64,000 nt of DNA from Lytechinus pictus (GCF_037042905.1 NC_087252.1:5396001-5460000); one strand, 5' to 3'. Counted from the stretch's first letter, positions 27,884-42,091 are shown. Made by a program: numbers and translations. The notes: generated from the sequence alone by a model not told the origin.

Positions 27884-30800
27884 GTCAGTAAACCCCATCA
27901 AAATGCTCGAAGCGGTCTTGGAAGCGATCTCCCAAACTGGTTTGGGGAAACAACCTCGTGATTTCGTTCAAGAAAACCACTTTCTGGTGGGAACACTAAA
28001 GCCAAGCGATCTTTCAAACTGGGTTCCTGAACCACTTTCCAATAAACTAGTTTTAGAAAAGGCTAATGAGAAAGGGCTCAGGCTAATAGTACGGCCCTGG
28101 TACGGACAAGTTTACCCAATCAAAAAGTTGATTTGAATAAAAGGAAAAAAAATGTCATGCAAATCCAACAAGCATAACGATGAAAATTTCATCTTATGAC
28201 ATAAATTTTCATTTAATTCTATCAAACAATTATAATCCTGGTCCGTATGAAAATGAGGGGACTAATGACACAACTCTCTCATTCTTTTGTATTTCAGTAT
28301 ATGAAATATTATAATTTTCTAAACCTGCCTTCAAAAGATCAGCCAAATGTTACATATACATATACAACTATATTCAAGCATTTGAAATCCCCAAGTAATG
28401 TGCATGCTAAAATACAATAATGTCGAGCACGCAAAAATGATATGAGAAAAATATAGTATAATCAGACTGTATTCATTGTTGCATGTACAGCTGCACCACA
28501 GACTTGGCAAGGACATCAACCATTGAGAGCCTAAATATAGATTGTTGATCGGTTTGGGGAAAACCACGTAACCTTTGACCCGAGCTGACAACGCGCTATG
28601 ACGCACACGTGTTGCTGTTATGAATGGTGTATTTTCTTGAGTTCTCATCACAACTCTCTGCTTAATCAACACGTAAAAAATATTGATACTGCGTTTTGAG
28701 GCTTTGCAATGATAATTGACTATATTCATTTTACTGAAGTAAAGAGAAAATATATAACGGATAAAGAAGAACTGGTTAAAATCATAAACCATGTTGAATC
28801 ATAATTAATAATAATAAATAAGTGATTCCTAAACTATAAAACAAAATAGTATTCAGATATGCCTATAATAACCGAATAATATAATAATAGCCTAATGATC
28901 TTGTGCCTAAACTAGGTGTCACAGATAGATGAGAGTATTTTATATGGCGATACACAAATAAAAAAAGAATCGTTCAAAAATGGAAAAGTTACAAGTTAGA
29001 TCGAGTTTTAATTCAAGAAAACAAATCTTCAACACTATTTTACGTTCTCTTACCACTTACTCTGTATGCAATATATATACATGTCTACAGTACAAGATTA
29101 TACCAAATATACCATATTATATTCATGCCGCTACAAATGGAATTTCCCGCTAGGACAGTATGAATGTAAAAAAAAATAAGGATATGATAGTATAGCATTT
29201 ATGTTTTTCGTATAAAAAACAAAATGATATACAGAATTGATGGCCCATACAGTTTGGTCAACATTCCAATACTGTTTTTCCATGGGGTCCATAACCAGAC
29301 AAAAGTCATGACATCTTAAAAAAAAAACACAGGCTTATGAAAGAAAAAAATATCTATTTTTGTTAAAGCAAAGCTTGTAAGGACGGTTCCTCTGATTATT
29401 GCGAATTGAAAGTCTAGATCTAAGTCTTTTAAACCTAGGTACCCCTCCCCCGAAAAAAATGATTGGAGTAGGGCCTAATTACTGTGAAGGCATGCACTGG
29501 TTATGAATGCCAGGTTAATTGCTCATTAAATGTTCTTAAAAGTGAATACTGTGACAAAAATCCACCACGAATCCAGAGACAAGCCCGTTATAAACAAAAG
29601 CTGCAAATATTGCAAATAACTTAAACAAAAATATATTCTCCACTCTTGGGCTAGGTCGCCCTTATCAGCCTCAGGCTGTTCTTCCGAGGGGTCCATTGAA
29701 GATGTTTATTTTTGTATTCTTTGTTTTAATATGTAGTTTTATTTATACAGGGTGGCATTGTCAGTTTCAAAACTGCTTTCCACAACGGCCCTGTCATAAA
29801 ATACAAAAATACAATAGTAAAAACTAAAGAAAATATAAATCAACAATAAAAGTAATACATGCACGTAATCCTGGACTCGATTCCTCTTGTGAGTTTGAAA
29901 CAAACAAAAGAACTTTACTTTTTAACTTAATTTTCCTCTTAAACGAGTTTCTGAAAATAATCACATCCAAATAAATAGAATAAAATTTACAGAGAAAAAT
30001 GCTAAAAACATCATAAAAATCTGATAACAAATATTTAAGTTATTGAATTTTCAAGTTTAGCAATATTTTATGAAAACATTTCATGCATGTCTTAATGTTC
30101 ATAAGGTGTGCTGTTGATGTCACATCCGCACATATCTTTTGTTTTACGTTATTAAATGAAATCATAATTATTTCACATTTCCTTACATCGTGCATGATAT
30201 ATTTCCCTTTTATTTAAACAAGTTGTAGCAATGAATATCTGAATGCATTATATCAGTTGTCAATTCATTCCTTTTTAGTTCTTCGAGGAGAAAATGTGAA
30301 TAAACATAATTTCATGTAATGAAACACAAAAGAACAAGTGATGATATGACATCATCAGCTTGCTCATTGACGACTGGCAAAGAATTCTTTTAGCGATATA
30401 ATGCAAATCTTTAAAATGTTAAAACTTCTTTATTCATTGTTCGATTGTGCACATATTTTCAATTTTTTTTTTCTGATTGTTCTTTATCTGTGCAAATCAT
30501 ATAATTTAATGTTTAGCCTGGAGTACCCATTTAATGGGGGAGGCGAATTGAATATTAAAGGCATAACGCCACTCTGAGAAAATAAGGAAGGATGTGTCCC
30601 CCCCCCCCCCCGATTTAGAATCCGCTTGTGTATAGGGACAAGTACAGTTTGTCCTCGCACCTCAACGCACCAAATATCTGAATGCAGATGCTAAACAAGC
30701 CGAAGAGTGGCGGTGGAGGGGGTTGAATGTTAGTGTGTATGTATATATTTTTGTCTTGGGGTAAAGATGTCCAAGACATATTTTTTTGCATGTGTTGGAA

Positions 30801-31451
30801 ATTGCGTTGCTATGGTAACAGTGTACCATTGCAAAAATAAGGTAAAAATCTTGCAGTTAGAACTACTTCCTCTGTTTTCATCCGATTCTCATGAAATTTG
30901 GCACCCACATTGGTCTTGAGGTGAAGATGTCTAAGACACATTTTTGTGTGTCTTTCAGAAATCTTGTTGCCATGGTAACAACATATCATATGGTGAAAAT
31001 TGGGGGAAAAAAACTTACAATTCAAACTGCTTCATCAGTTTTCAATCAGTTCTCATGAAATTTGGCACACACATTGGTGTTAAAGTATAGATGTACGAGG
31101 CACTTTTTGTGTGTGTTTTAGAAATTGTGTTGCCATGGTAACAACATATTATATGGCAAAATTTAGGTAAAAACCTTGCAATTTGAACTACTCCATCAGT
31201 TTTGAACCAATTCTCATGAAATTTGGCTCACACATTTGCCTTGAGGTAAAGATGTGCAAGAACCATTTTTTATGTGCATTTGTCAGAGAGTGCATTGCCA
31301 TGGTAACAACATATGATAGCCAGAAATGCAGGAAAACTTAGCCATTGTGGATCAAACTACTTCCCCTGTTTTTAGGCAGTGCTCATAAAAGTTGGAAAAA
31401 AAATTCATCTTGGGGTAAAGATTCATATTAAATTCTAAATGTCTTCTGAAC

Positions 31452-31845
31452 CAGTGCTTCTCCACCTTTTTCTACTCGATGACCACTTTGAGAACTAATC
31501 TGCATTCGGAAATGTCCGGTAAATGGGCGACAATTAACTACATACACAATATGCATGCACATGAGGTTTACATCAAAGTTAGATCGAAAACATCATATAG
31601 TAAAGTGTGCATGTATATGCTTTGCAACATGCATAATACCAAAAAAGTGTGCTTAGATTTTGTTTGACCCAAGTAGACCGATCGGACAAATCATATTAAC
31701 ATGTTCAGACAGGTATACGGTACGTGTATATACTATAGTTTTCCCCTATTCTTATTTTCTCTCTCTTTCTTGAGCTTATCACGGCCCACCTGCAAGTGCT
31801 TCGCGGCCCACCAGTGGGCCGAGAAGCACCGGCTGAGAAGCGCTG
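31452..31845. mobile_element. hAT-like MITE
   Basis: CAGTGCTTCTC...GAGAAGCGCTG, 8-bp near-TSD ttctgaac / ttctaaac. Confidence 0.7.
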
Positions 31846-31853
31846 TTCTAAAC

Positions 31854-32008
31854 CAGGGGCCGCGGGGGGGGGGGGGGGGGTGGGCTTCAGCCCCCCACTT
31901 TTTTTCCAAAACCATGTACAAAAACGTAAAAATTACCATACGATTGTGATTTTCTGCATGGTCAGCCACCCCCCCCCCCCCACTTTGAAAACCGTTCCGC
32001 GGCCCCTG
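31854..32008. mobile_element. Short GC-tract MITE
   Basis: CAGGGGCCGCGG...CCGCGGCCCCTG flanked by taaac direct repeats. Confidence 0.7.
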
Positions 32009-33919
32009 TAAACTGCATTAAAATGTTCACGCCAGAGTGTGGGGGTATTAATCACCTTCAGTATAATATTTCTAGGTTTTTTTGCAGAGGGGCGGGATTG
32101 GTCCTTTAAATCTGACATCAAAATAAAGAAGGTTAAAGGCGGGGCCATTAGGAACATAACGATGGTAAACACTCTTAAAAAAGGGAACCCTTCAAGGACA
32201 TAGGCTGGGGGTACACTGGGTGAATGTGAAACCTTCCGCTAAATCAGAGGAGCTCCGACACTGGCAAGCAAAACAAAATTTGTACCCCTTCTACTTTCAA
32301 CAGCTGATTTTCCAAAACTTAGTTCCACCTCCCCAAGATGTGCACCCCTCCCCATACCACTTTTAGTTCTACCTCCCCATGCTCAAACCAGTCTACGCCT
32401 TTGCCCCTCAGGGGTCTTTGCATTTTTAAAGCGAGACATTACTCCTTTTTTTTTTGGGGGGGGGGGGTTCCTTAGAAAACGACCTCATCTTAAAAAGTAA
32501 AAGTTAAAGGATTATGACTAGGAACTTAACCCCCCCCCGAAAAAATAGGGGGCTGATATATTTTTTTAGCAGAAAAATGCCCCCCCCCCCCTTAAAAGGT
32601 AAGTAGAGTCCTTTGCACTTCAGAGTTCAGACCATATTTGAAGTTTAATGCATTTTCCTTTGATAAAAATTTTTTTACGGTACCCAATTATTAATCATTG
32701 TTCATCTATATTTTCCTACTCAGTATTTTATTCATATTTCGTTCCTACTCTTTCTTTTTAACATTATCACATCACTCTTGATTTTGAGCTTCACCATACC
32801 ATCTCCTTCCGTTTCCTTTCTGCTTTTTTTACTCTCTCTCTCTCTCTCTCTCCAAGTATATTTTTCTGACATATTATAAAGTGTACCTTTAATCATGGAA
32901 CTAATTATATAAATATATATTTATATATACACAAATCTCTGCACTTGTTTTAGAAATTCACTTGCAAGTCCATGACTCAATAACATACCATATAAAAAAT
33001 ATGCACAATGTGCACAATAAATTTTAGCCTTCTATTTTCTTTCATCTTTTTTTTTTCAGTATACTTCTGTGACAGCCCCTGCTGTATCCTAAATCTCCCA
33101 TTGTCAAAACATGAATATTATGTTTCAGTAGCAAAAATGTTGGATGCAAACTCTGACTGTCATAAAAAAATGCAAATAATTTTCCATTGGAGTAAAGACA
33201 AACTTATAAGGGATATGACTAGAATATGTTTATATGTAGAGAAACTTTTATTTCTCTACATATAATGATATTATAGTCATATCCCTTTCAGATGGTGGTA
33301 ACTGCAGGAATGGGAAAATTCAGGGATAAAACTAAAATTTTTACTGAGGATTTTCGGAAAATAACTACATCCATTTTTGTCAAGCAACAATTATTCCATT
33401 CTGAATGCTGCAACCTTGTTAATATGAATTAGATGTACCTTTACCAAAATATAATATCATGACAGTCATTTCTTCAATTCTTTAAACTAGACATTAAATA
33501 TTGCTAACAGTATTATTCAGGACAGAGTGTAGCCAAAATGAAGTTTAAAAGATTATGAAGAAAAAAAAATAAATGTCATGGTATTATATTTCAGTGTAGG
33601 TGTAAGCATTCAAAATTAAATAATTGTTGCTAGATAATAATGAATTAAAATAGCAAAGAAAAATGTACTTAGTGTACTTAGAGAGGGAGACAAAGAGGGA
33701 GGGGGGGGGGAGGAAACAAACAATTGAAGGTATGGTAAAGCTCAAAAGTGCAAAGAGTGATGTAAGAAATTTAAGTCAGAGTAGGAACTGAAATGAACAA
33801 AGACTGAGAAGAAGAAGATAAATAAAACATTGATTAATTGGGCACCAGAAACGATCTTTTATCAAAGCAGAATGTTTTAGGCTTTAAATTAATACGCTGA
33901 AGTGTAAAGGATTTTTCTT

Positions 33920-33951
<32 letters not shown>

Positions 33952-34029
33952 GGGGGGGGGAGAGGTTAAGTTCCTAGTCGTAATAATTTCTTTTTACTCT
34001 TTATATGGCAATTTTCTAAAGCCCCCCCC

Positions 34030-34063
<34 letters not shown>

Positions 34064-34227
34064 AAGGAGTTCTTTTTTCAAAGAGTGTTTAAGTTCCTAA
34101 TGGTCATGGCCTTTAACCTTCTATATTTTTATGTTGTCAGTTTTTAAGGACCTCCTCCACCCTCCAAAAAAGAACCTATAAATATTATTGAAGGTGATTA
34201 ATACCCTGCGCTATTATATGACGTTAA

Positions 34228-34820
34228 AGGGGAATCCAACCCAAATAAACACTTGTTTTTAGAGGAAAATGAAAAATCAGACAAGTTTATAGGTCAAAGT
34301 TTGAACAATATCGGACAAACCATGAGAAAGTTGTAAATATATAAAAGTTGTAAACATTGGTAATCACTATACCCATGAAGACTTCAAATTGGTCGCATAT
34401 GTGATGTCATAGTGATGTAAGGAAAGGACCACTCTTCCATGTACTGGAATAATTAATTGGCTAAAAATTTATGTTGTCAACATTTTTACTTTAAATTATA
34501 TCTTTCTTTCATAAGGACATAAAACATTATACTACCGGGGTTTATATTACGGCCCCAATGGAATAGGGATTTAGGAGTAAACCAAAAATCCTGATAATTA
34601 AGTACAAGTCTTATGGGAAAGTTGCCTTGCGGCCTCGCCCCTTGTCATAATTTACTTACCCAGTTGCCAATTTGAAATCTACATACTAGTAGCCTTAGGG
34701 ATCTTAATTTTAAAGCAGCCATAACTTTATTTTGCTTGTCCGATTTCTTTCAAACTTTCACCTTTCTTATTTTTCTCCTTTTCCCTGCACACAACATTAT
34801 GACCAACGCTGGATTCCCTT
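34228..34820. mobile_element. Kolobok-like TTAA MITE
   Basis: TTAA|AGGGGAATCCA...TGGATTCCCTT|TTAA. Confidence 0.75.
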
Positions 34821-37349
34821 TTAACACTGAATATGAATCTTTACCCAAAATGAATATTTGTGTCAACTTTTTTTAGCACAGGCTGAGAAGTAGATTGATC
34901 CACAATGAGTTTTCCCCATATTTCTGGCTATATGTGGTTACCAAGGCAATGTACTCTCTGACAAATGCACACAAAAATGGTTCTTGCACATCTTTACCTC
35001 AAGGCAAATGTGTGAGCCAAATTTAATGAGAATTGGTTCAAAACTGATGAAGTAGTTCAAATTGCAAGGTTTTTACCTAAATTTTGCCATATAATATGTT
35101 GTTACCATGGCAACACAATTTCTGAAACACACACAAAAAGTGCCTTGTACATCTATACTTTGATACCAATGTGTGTGTCAAATTTCATGAGAATTGATTG
35201 AAAACTGATGAAGCAGTTTGAATTCTAAGTTTTTTTCCCAATTTTCACCATATGATATGTTGTTACCATGGCAACAGGATTTCGAAAAGACACACAAATA
35301 TGTGTCTCAGACATCTTCACCTCAAGACCAATGTGTGTGCCAAATTTCATGAGAATCGGATGAAAGCAGAGGAAGTAGTTCTAATTGCAAGATTTTTACC
35401 TTATTTTTACAATGGTACACCGTTACCATGGCAACGCAATTTCCAACACATGCAAAAAATATGTCTTGGACATCTTTACCCCAAGACCAAAATATGTACA
35501 TACACACCAACATTCAACCCCCTCCACCGTCACCCTTCGGCTTGTTTAGCATCTGCATTCAGATATTTGGTGCATTGAGATGCGAGGACAAACGGAACAT
35601 CTGTTCAAAAGGGGTTTGAATTCAAGAACAAAGCCAATGCAAAATAATGCACTGCTATTGAGTTTTGCACTAGCGCTAGTCTATAAATCAGACCAATCTA
35701 AACTCATAAATTCTGACATTTTCACCCATTTTTTTCTCTATTTCTGTAGCCAGATTTTTTGGAGCATACCCCATTTTTAATTCTTATACATAAACGAAGG
35801 CCTGGAGAAAAAAATCATGCTTTTGTCCACCGTGTCCACAAGTAGGGCATTTTTTACGCTAACAGACCGGACTAAAATGTATATAATTATACCGACAATC
35901 ATTGTAAGCATACACTGTAGATGTATAGTTTTTTCGTTATCTGATTTGTTATAACTATACATGTATTGGCTGAACTGCCATGGATGCATAGTTGAGCGGA
36001 ATAGTGGCATAGATGTATAGTTTCTCGTGATCTGATTGGTTAAAAGTAAATGGCTAGATTGGTATGAATGCATGGATGTATACATGTAGTTGATCGGAAT
36101 AATGGCAGCTTGGTCCGCTTACTCCATGCAACTAAACGAGCTTGGCTCGGGTCAGTGGGGTATATGTTAAGATAAATAGTTTCCTGTGTTCTGATTAGTT
36201 GAAAGTATGCACTTTTTTAGACAAATCTCGAATATATATATGGTTCCATAGTTGGCATATTGTAACGACGACCCGGTTTGTCCTACGAGTCTCGCTATCA
36301 GAGTCTAAAATAAATGTCGAGGATGGCCAAAGCTTAAACAATACAATTTAAGCGAATAACAGTCATTACACAGCAAATTAAAGTTCAGTAGTTTATTACT
36401 GTTAAAAACTTGATAAAGGTGCAAAAGAGTATGTGATGGTGACAAATCAATAAACTCCAGCGATAAATGGAAAAGGATAACTAAGATAACGTCGAACAAT
36501 GCTGGAACAATTATAGGTTAACTTAACTTAACTTGTGATAATTCTGAACTGAACTTAGACTCAGACTAAACTTCATGAAGACTAAACTGGAATACATGTA
36601 AGACTATGCTCGGAAAAGACTCTCGAAAAACTAAGAACTAAACTTGACTGAGATGCTGCTCGCTTATATACACTTTCTGGACATAGCATGAAGGTCATCC
36701 CCAGCACACAGCAAAAACCCAGATTCAGGGAGGGGGGAGAGAGAGAGAGAGAGGGATAAAGTCAAGCAATAGAATAAGCACATAACGACCAATACACTGA
36801 CCACAAGGTTAAACTAGGAGTTTGGACATTAGGAGTTGAGGGAGAGAAGTCTGAAGGGCAGGGCAAAGTCGAAGTGAGGAGAGAGAAAGCGGAGGGAGTT
36901 ACAGAACATAAATGTGTAGCCAAGGTAATAAACAAGAACGAGTTTCTGAAAGTAGTCGCAAGGTTAAAGAGAACTACACAGGTTTGAAAGTAACTGGAAA
37001 GGGAAAGAGAGGAGGGATGAAAGTTACTGGAAAGAGAAAGTGAGGAGGGTTGAAAGTCACTGGAAAGAGAAAGTGAGGAGGGTTGAAAGTCACTGGAAAG
37101 AGAAGGTGAGGAGGGTTGAAAGTCACTAGAAAGAGAAAGTGAGGAGAGTAAAACTTCTGAAAGTAGATGCAAGGTCGCAAAGAAGGAAGATGCACTGTTA
37201 GCGATTTCTGAAAGAGGAAGGAAGGCCAAAGAGAATACAGAGTGGACAGACCAGAAGAGTTTGACCCTGAGTAATTTACAGTACAAGAGAGGGCTTGGCT
37301 GTGTGCGGGTTACTGGGCAAGTTGAAAGTGACATTAACAATTTATCTTA

Positions 37350-38098
37350 ATTTATCACCTAGCGGATTATAATATCAGTTACACCATTTGTGTATTTATA
37401 TATTTTTTCATATACATTTCTCTTAATTTATCACCTAGCGGATTACAATATCAGTTACACCATTTGTGTATTTATATATTTTTTCATATACATTTCTTTT
37501 TTGGATATATTTCTATACATATCACTTATAGATACATATTTACACTTACCTTCTTCTCTTAGTTTGTTTAATTCTTTATCATATATACTTATATGTCTTT
37601 TGCACATTATCAGTTGTTCCCCATTATTTTTCTTCCCCCCCCCCCACTCTTATGCACCAGTTTATTAAGCCTTTCTTTGTAACCTGTTTGACCCACCTCT
37701 CACTAATTCTCTTGTTTTTCATCCCATTATCACTGTTTTGTTCCAGATCCTGTTTGATGTTGCCTGCCTCATTATTTTAATCCCTCTTGGCTTGAGGTCT
37801 TTTACTGGCCTTACTTACACTAACTTCCCTTTGTGTCTGCCTACTCCTTTTCTTTCATCCCCTTCACTAACCTGATTGGTCTTCTCTACTCACTAATGCC
37901 CCTTTTGTCTCCTTGTTTCTAGTGTTGATGTAGCTTGTTTGTGGTCTATATTATGGTTGTTCCACTTTATATGTTTGTCATTTTGCCTCCGACGAAGATT
38001 CTGCTAGGATCGAAAGCTTAGGCCCCTTTTTGACTTTCTAATTTACTCCATTGGCTCTCTTTTATTAGATAAGCAGTTTTCAGCAGCTTCTTTTTGCC
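37350..38098 (+). mobile_element. Penelope-like retroelement fragment
   Basis: 13-bp TSD acaatttatctta (37337-37349, 38099-38111), ~76-bp tandem duplication at the left end, hammerhead-like motif near the right end. Confidence 0.6.
37985..38023 (+). ncRNA. Minimal type-I hammerhead-ribozyme-like motif (variant core)
   Basis: GCCT-CCGACGA-A-[GATTCT gct AGGATC]-GAAA-GCTT-AGGC: stem I, stem II, palindromic stem III. Confidence 0.5.
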
Positions 38099-38243
38099 AC
38101 AATTTATCTTAGCAAGACATTCATTGCATAAATGAGTCGAATACAATTTAATATAATAAACACTAATTAAAGCATAAGAATGGAATTATATACATGAACA
38201 TAATAAGAGAATATCGGAACATCAACCAAAATGCGTGACAATA

Positions 38244-38640
38244 TTATACCCCTTTCATAAACCCAATAAAACACAATTATGCGGCTAATAGCAGCATAAT
38301 TTGGTCGTAAAATCAGAGGAGGACAAGAGTTATCCGCATTATTCTGATGCTGCTATTATCCGCATAATAGCGGCATCGGGACAAGATTTTGAGTTTATGA
38401 ACGTATTTCCAAATAATGCGGATAATTGCCATGGTGCGATCACAAGGTCACCCTTTTCCAACACAACCGCATTGGAGGGGGCGTGTCCAGTTGTCATGAC
38501 GATTATCCGCCTTTTTCAGGACGGGCGCTCGTAAAGATAATTTATGGAGTTTGTGAACGCAATTTTTATTGAATTATCCGCATTACTCTTAGGCGGCTAA
38601 TTGGAGGATATGTTTTATTGGGTTTATGAAAGGGGTATAA
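38244..38640. mobile_element. Palindromic MITE, unclassified
   Basis: ttatacccctttcataaacccaataaaaca ... tgttttattgggtttatgaaaggggtataa, perfect ~30-bp TIR. Confidence 0.8.
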
Positions 38641-39355
38641 ATGGCTTGCTTAGTCCCTCATAATTATGGGTCTTCACAATAAATGTATACGCATATACCC
38701 CCATCACTGCGCTACGTACACCATGCGCTGGTAAGATAATGTTTTCAAAAGAAACATAAGGCTAAAGTTAGACCAGAGTAGATCTAAACTCCTACTAGTC
38801 TTAGTCCTATTCAGCGACGGGAAAATACTTTTTTTTTTGTGCACGCTCATGTAGTATACGGAACGATCGCACTCATAACTAATAATCATTAAACAATCGT
38901 AATGTATAGTAAATGTTTGAAAATCGATTTTAAATGCAACCCTTGTTGTATTATAACATTATTGACACCTGAGTTCATTCATTGTTGTCATGCCTTACTT
39001 CGGCACAAATCAAAATTTACATCACTAAAATAATACTTTCTGATCATCCAAGCGTTAACATAAGCCATATATAAAATATGGCGTCAAATCATTTTGGACA
39101 ACATACTTTTTCAGGCCATGTATATTAACTATTTGTTAATGACATATGTTTTCCTTACATTGGGGATTTGTGATTTGAGGGTGTGTGTGTATGTGGGTGG
39201 GTGTATGTGAGGGTGTGCGTTTGAGTGCGAGGGTGCGTGATGTGTGGGTGTGGGTTTGGGTGTGTGTGTGGGACTATGTGTCTTTGTGCGTCTGGTGTGC
39301 GTTTGTTGGCGTATACAGGTATTATGATTGCCCTTTTGTCCTCACTTACATGCAG

Positions 39356-39688
39356 CATTCTGGCTTCACACAGAGAAGTCTTTAACAGCGGTGCGAGGCG
39401 GAAACATCTCCCTACCCTGTAATTTCTCCGTTTCTGCACGTGCAGTCTACTGGTACAAACACGACTTCACTGGAGCACCAGACGATGGAACATCACTCGT
39501 AGCCCGATATTATAGGGGCATTACAGAACCTGTACCGGGCTTTGAGAGGTTCAGCATCACCAATGACTACAGTTTGATCATCAGAAATGTAACTGTTCAA
39601 GACGAGACAACCTACTCATGCCAAGTTGTTGGGATCAATACCATTGATGTTGAAACGGAAAGAGGCTATACGGACTTGAGAGTTATAG
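39356..39688 (+). CDS. Receptor copy B, V-type Ig domain exon
   Basis: tgcAG|ca ... atag|GTaag, phase 1/1; GGNISLPC..VYWYK..RFSI..YSLIIRNVTVQDETTYSC. Confidence 0.9.
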
Positions 39689-39765
39689 GTAAGGGATTCA
39701 TTTGGGGAGCGATGACTCATGCTTAAGCCTGTATATTCTAGAGCCTTAACAAAATTATAGTTTAA

Positions 39766-40315
39766 AGGTCAAGTCCACCCCAGAAAAATGATGATTTGAA
39801 TAAATAGAGAAAAATCCAACGAGAAAAAGGCTAAAAAGTTCATCAAAATCGGATGTAAAATAAGAAAGTTATGACATTTTAAACTTTCGCTTATTTTTCA
39901 CAAAACGGTTATATGCAAATTAGACAGTCGATGATGTCCATCACTCACTATGTCTTTTGTTTTTTTATTGTTTGAATTATACAATTTTTCATTTTTTACG
40001 GATTTGACAATTAGGACCAACTTGACTGAACCATATATTATTAAAAAATGCTAATTCGACATGTTCAGGGAGAAATTAATCTATGTTTCACTTGACAATG
40101 AGGAGAGAATAAGAATATTTCATATTTCATATAATGAAATATGGATGACGTCATCAGTCACCTCATTTGCATACTGTTTTGTGAAATAAAGCAAAACTTA
40201 AAAATGTCATAACTTTCTTATTTTACATCCGATTTTGTTGAAATTTTCAGTGTTATGCTTGTTGGATTTTTCTCTATTTATTCAAATCAACTAATGGTTG
40301 GGGTGGACTTGTCCT
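39766..40315. mobile_element. Kolobok-like TTAA MITE
   Basis: TTAA|AGGTCAAGTCCACCCCA...TGGGGTGGACTTGTCCT|TTAA; related fragments near 14720-15290 and 28110-28320. Confidence 0.8.
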
Positions 40316-40888
40316 TTAAACTTAAATGGACGCCAATAGATAACCTTAGTGTCAACAATATAAAGAAAAAATATAAACAGATCATTGGTACAACCCGTGA
40401 AAGATTGAAAATAAACCGGTCTTCGTGGTCTAAGAGCTTCCAACGAAAGACTATCATCACAATATACATGATTTAACAACAATACGGGAATCTAGCAACA
40501 CGATTTTACTAAAAGGATTGCTCACATGATGACCGTCCATGCAGGAAGCATTAGTTGCTCTCTTTTACAACCACGACTACATGTATACTACTCTATTTTA
40601 TTGCGCCGTTCCACATCTTTCTTACATGTTCCAGGACGCTTATCATTTTAGTCAGTTAGATTGAAAACCATTAGCAATACCCTTAAAAATAGCCACTGAA
40701 ATATCACAGAGGTTTAATTAAACTGGTATTTATAGATCTTTTTGTCAGCTTCTATTGGTTGGGGGCATTTCATGTCAATCAATTACTACCTCATTTTCAT
40801 GAGAACTGAGACAGAAGGTAAATTATACTAATTTCATTTCACCTCGATGTAATTTTTTTACGCGTATCAATTTTCATTATGCCATTAG

Positions 40889-41148
40889 CCTTAGCAGAGC
40901 CCCTTGAACCAATCATCGAGATCATAGAGCCCTGTACTTTCACAGCGCAAGGGGGATGCGTCTACCATGTTAACAGGTCTACCATTGGCAAGGACACGTC
41001 GGAGGATGTAATACTTGTTTCTAAACTTTCAAATGTTCGACCTCTACCAAATCTTACTTGGATTCAAAGCGATGGAAGATTAAATAAAAATGCAACTTAC
41101 CAGACGCAGGAGAAAGATGGGCTGTTCAGCATTTCATCACAAATTCAG
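40889..41148 (+). CDS. Receptor copy B, second Ig domain (C-type-like), first part
   Basis: cattAG|cc ... cag|GTttct, phase 1/0; SNVRPLPNLTW...DGLFSISSQIQ. Confidence 0.8.
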
Positions 41149-41427
41149 GTTTCTATATCTTTCTGGACGTTGAGATAACGGGCACATAGTAAACTTTGAA
41201 AAATATGAATCTTCCCTTTATACACGTTATATATAGTTTTTACGCTAAGAATAGTTAGGAAATCAATGAAATTAAATATAACTCACAACATAATTAATTT
41301 TCCGTTTGATATATCTCAATGACATGAATGAGTATGTAATGTAATATGAATATCCGCATTGCTAGCAGTAATATTCATATTTTATTACAATGTTTTCAAG
41401 GAACAATTGTCACATTCTTATTGACAG

Positions 41428-41533
41428 GTATCCAGGTCTCATCTTGATCACCACTATACCTGTCAAGCTGAAGGGGAAGCCGTGAATGGAACCTCATCAG
41501 TGGTCATTTCTTTTGAGGATTCTGTTACACATG
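41428..41533 (+). CDS. Receptor copy B, second Ig domain C-terminal part (not in the ORF track)
   Basis: ttgacAG|gta ... catg|GTagg, phase 0/1; VSRSHLDHHYTCQAEGEAVNGTSSVVISFEDSVTH with the F-strand YxC. Confidence 0.82.
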
Positions 41534-42091
41534 GTAGGATTGTTCGTCTATTGGAATTAATAAGTTCGTATAGCCATTATGTTCGACCTTTTACACAACC
41601 ACTCATCAGTGTCACTTCTCTCATCCACCTGTGAATGGTCGTACATTCACCCGAGGTCCCGGGTGGATGTACATCCACTTCAGCGAGGGAGCTCTTTGAT
41701 TCGATAAAATTGTACAATCACTCACTTTGTGAGTGAGTGATGGTAAAGGAAGTACAACATTTGTACATATACATGTAAATCTTTCACTCACTCGATTGAT
41801 TGATGATAAAAAAGTACAAATCATTCACTCACTCGATTAAGTGAATGAATTACGGGCCGCTTATGGCACGAACGATCCGTCATTGCAAAAGGCAAATTGT
41901 GAGTGGGAATTGCCTTATGGAGGATTTATTTTCCAAGAACGATTCACCGCCCTATTTTAAAACACATACACCATCCAAGGAATACAAAGCTATGTAAACC
42001 ATTCATTGTTTCATTTCTTAATAAAAAAATGTGTTAGTTTGCCAGTAGACAATTGCCTTGTTTTTTTCATATTTAGGTTTAGCCCGACTTT

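Larger units (their letters stand above)
30647..35593. mobile_element. About 5-kb foldback element with nested MITEs
   Basis: 30647-~31440 inverted at ~34830-35593 with high identity; weaker inverted match 32030-32800 vs 33720-34205; internal ccatggtaac subrepeats. Confidence 0.8.
36261..38240. mobile_element. LTR-like remnant (possible solo LTR) with nested insertion
   Basis: TGTAAC...GTGACA ends with ATAT direct repeats; internal 33-bp tandem repeat at ~36985-37150. Confidence 0.5.

Noticed and set aside
28331..28792. 153-aa minus-strand ORF
   Set aside because: AT-rich composition with no domain or paralog support
36762..37340. 192-aa Ser/Leu-rich ORF
   Set aside because: Low-complexity translation of a 33-bp tandem repeat inside an LTR-like remnant; no recognisable domain
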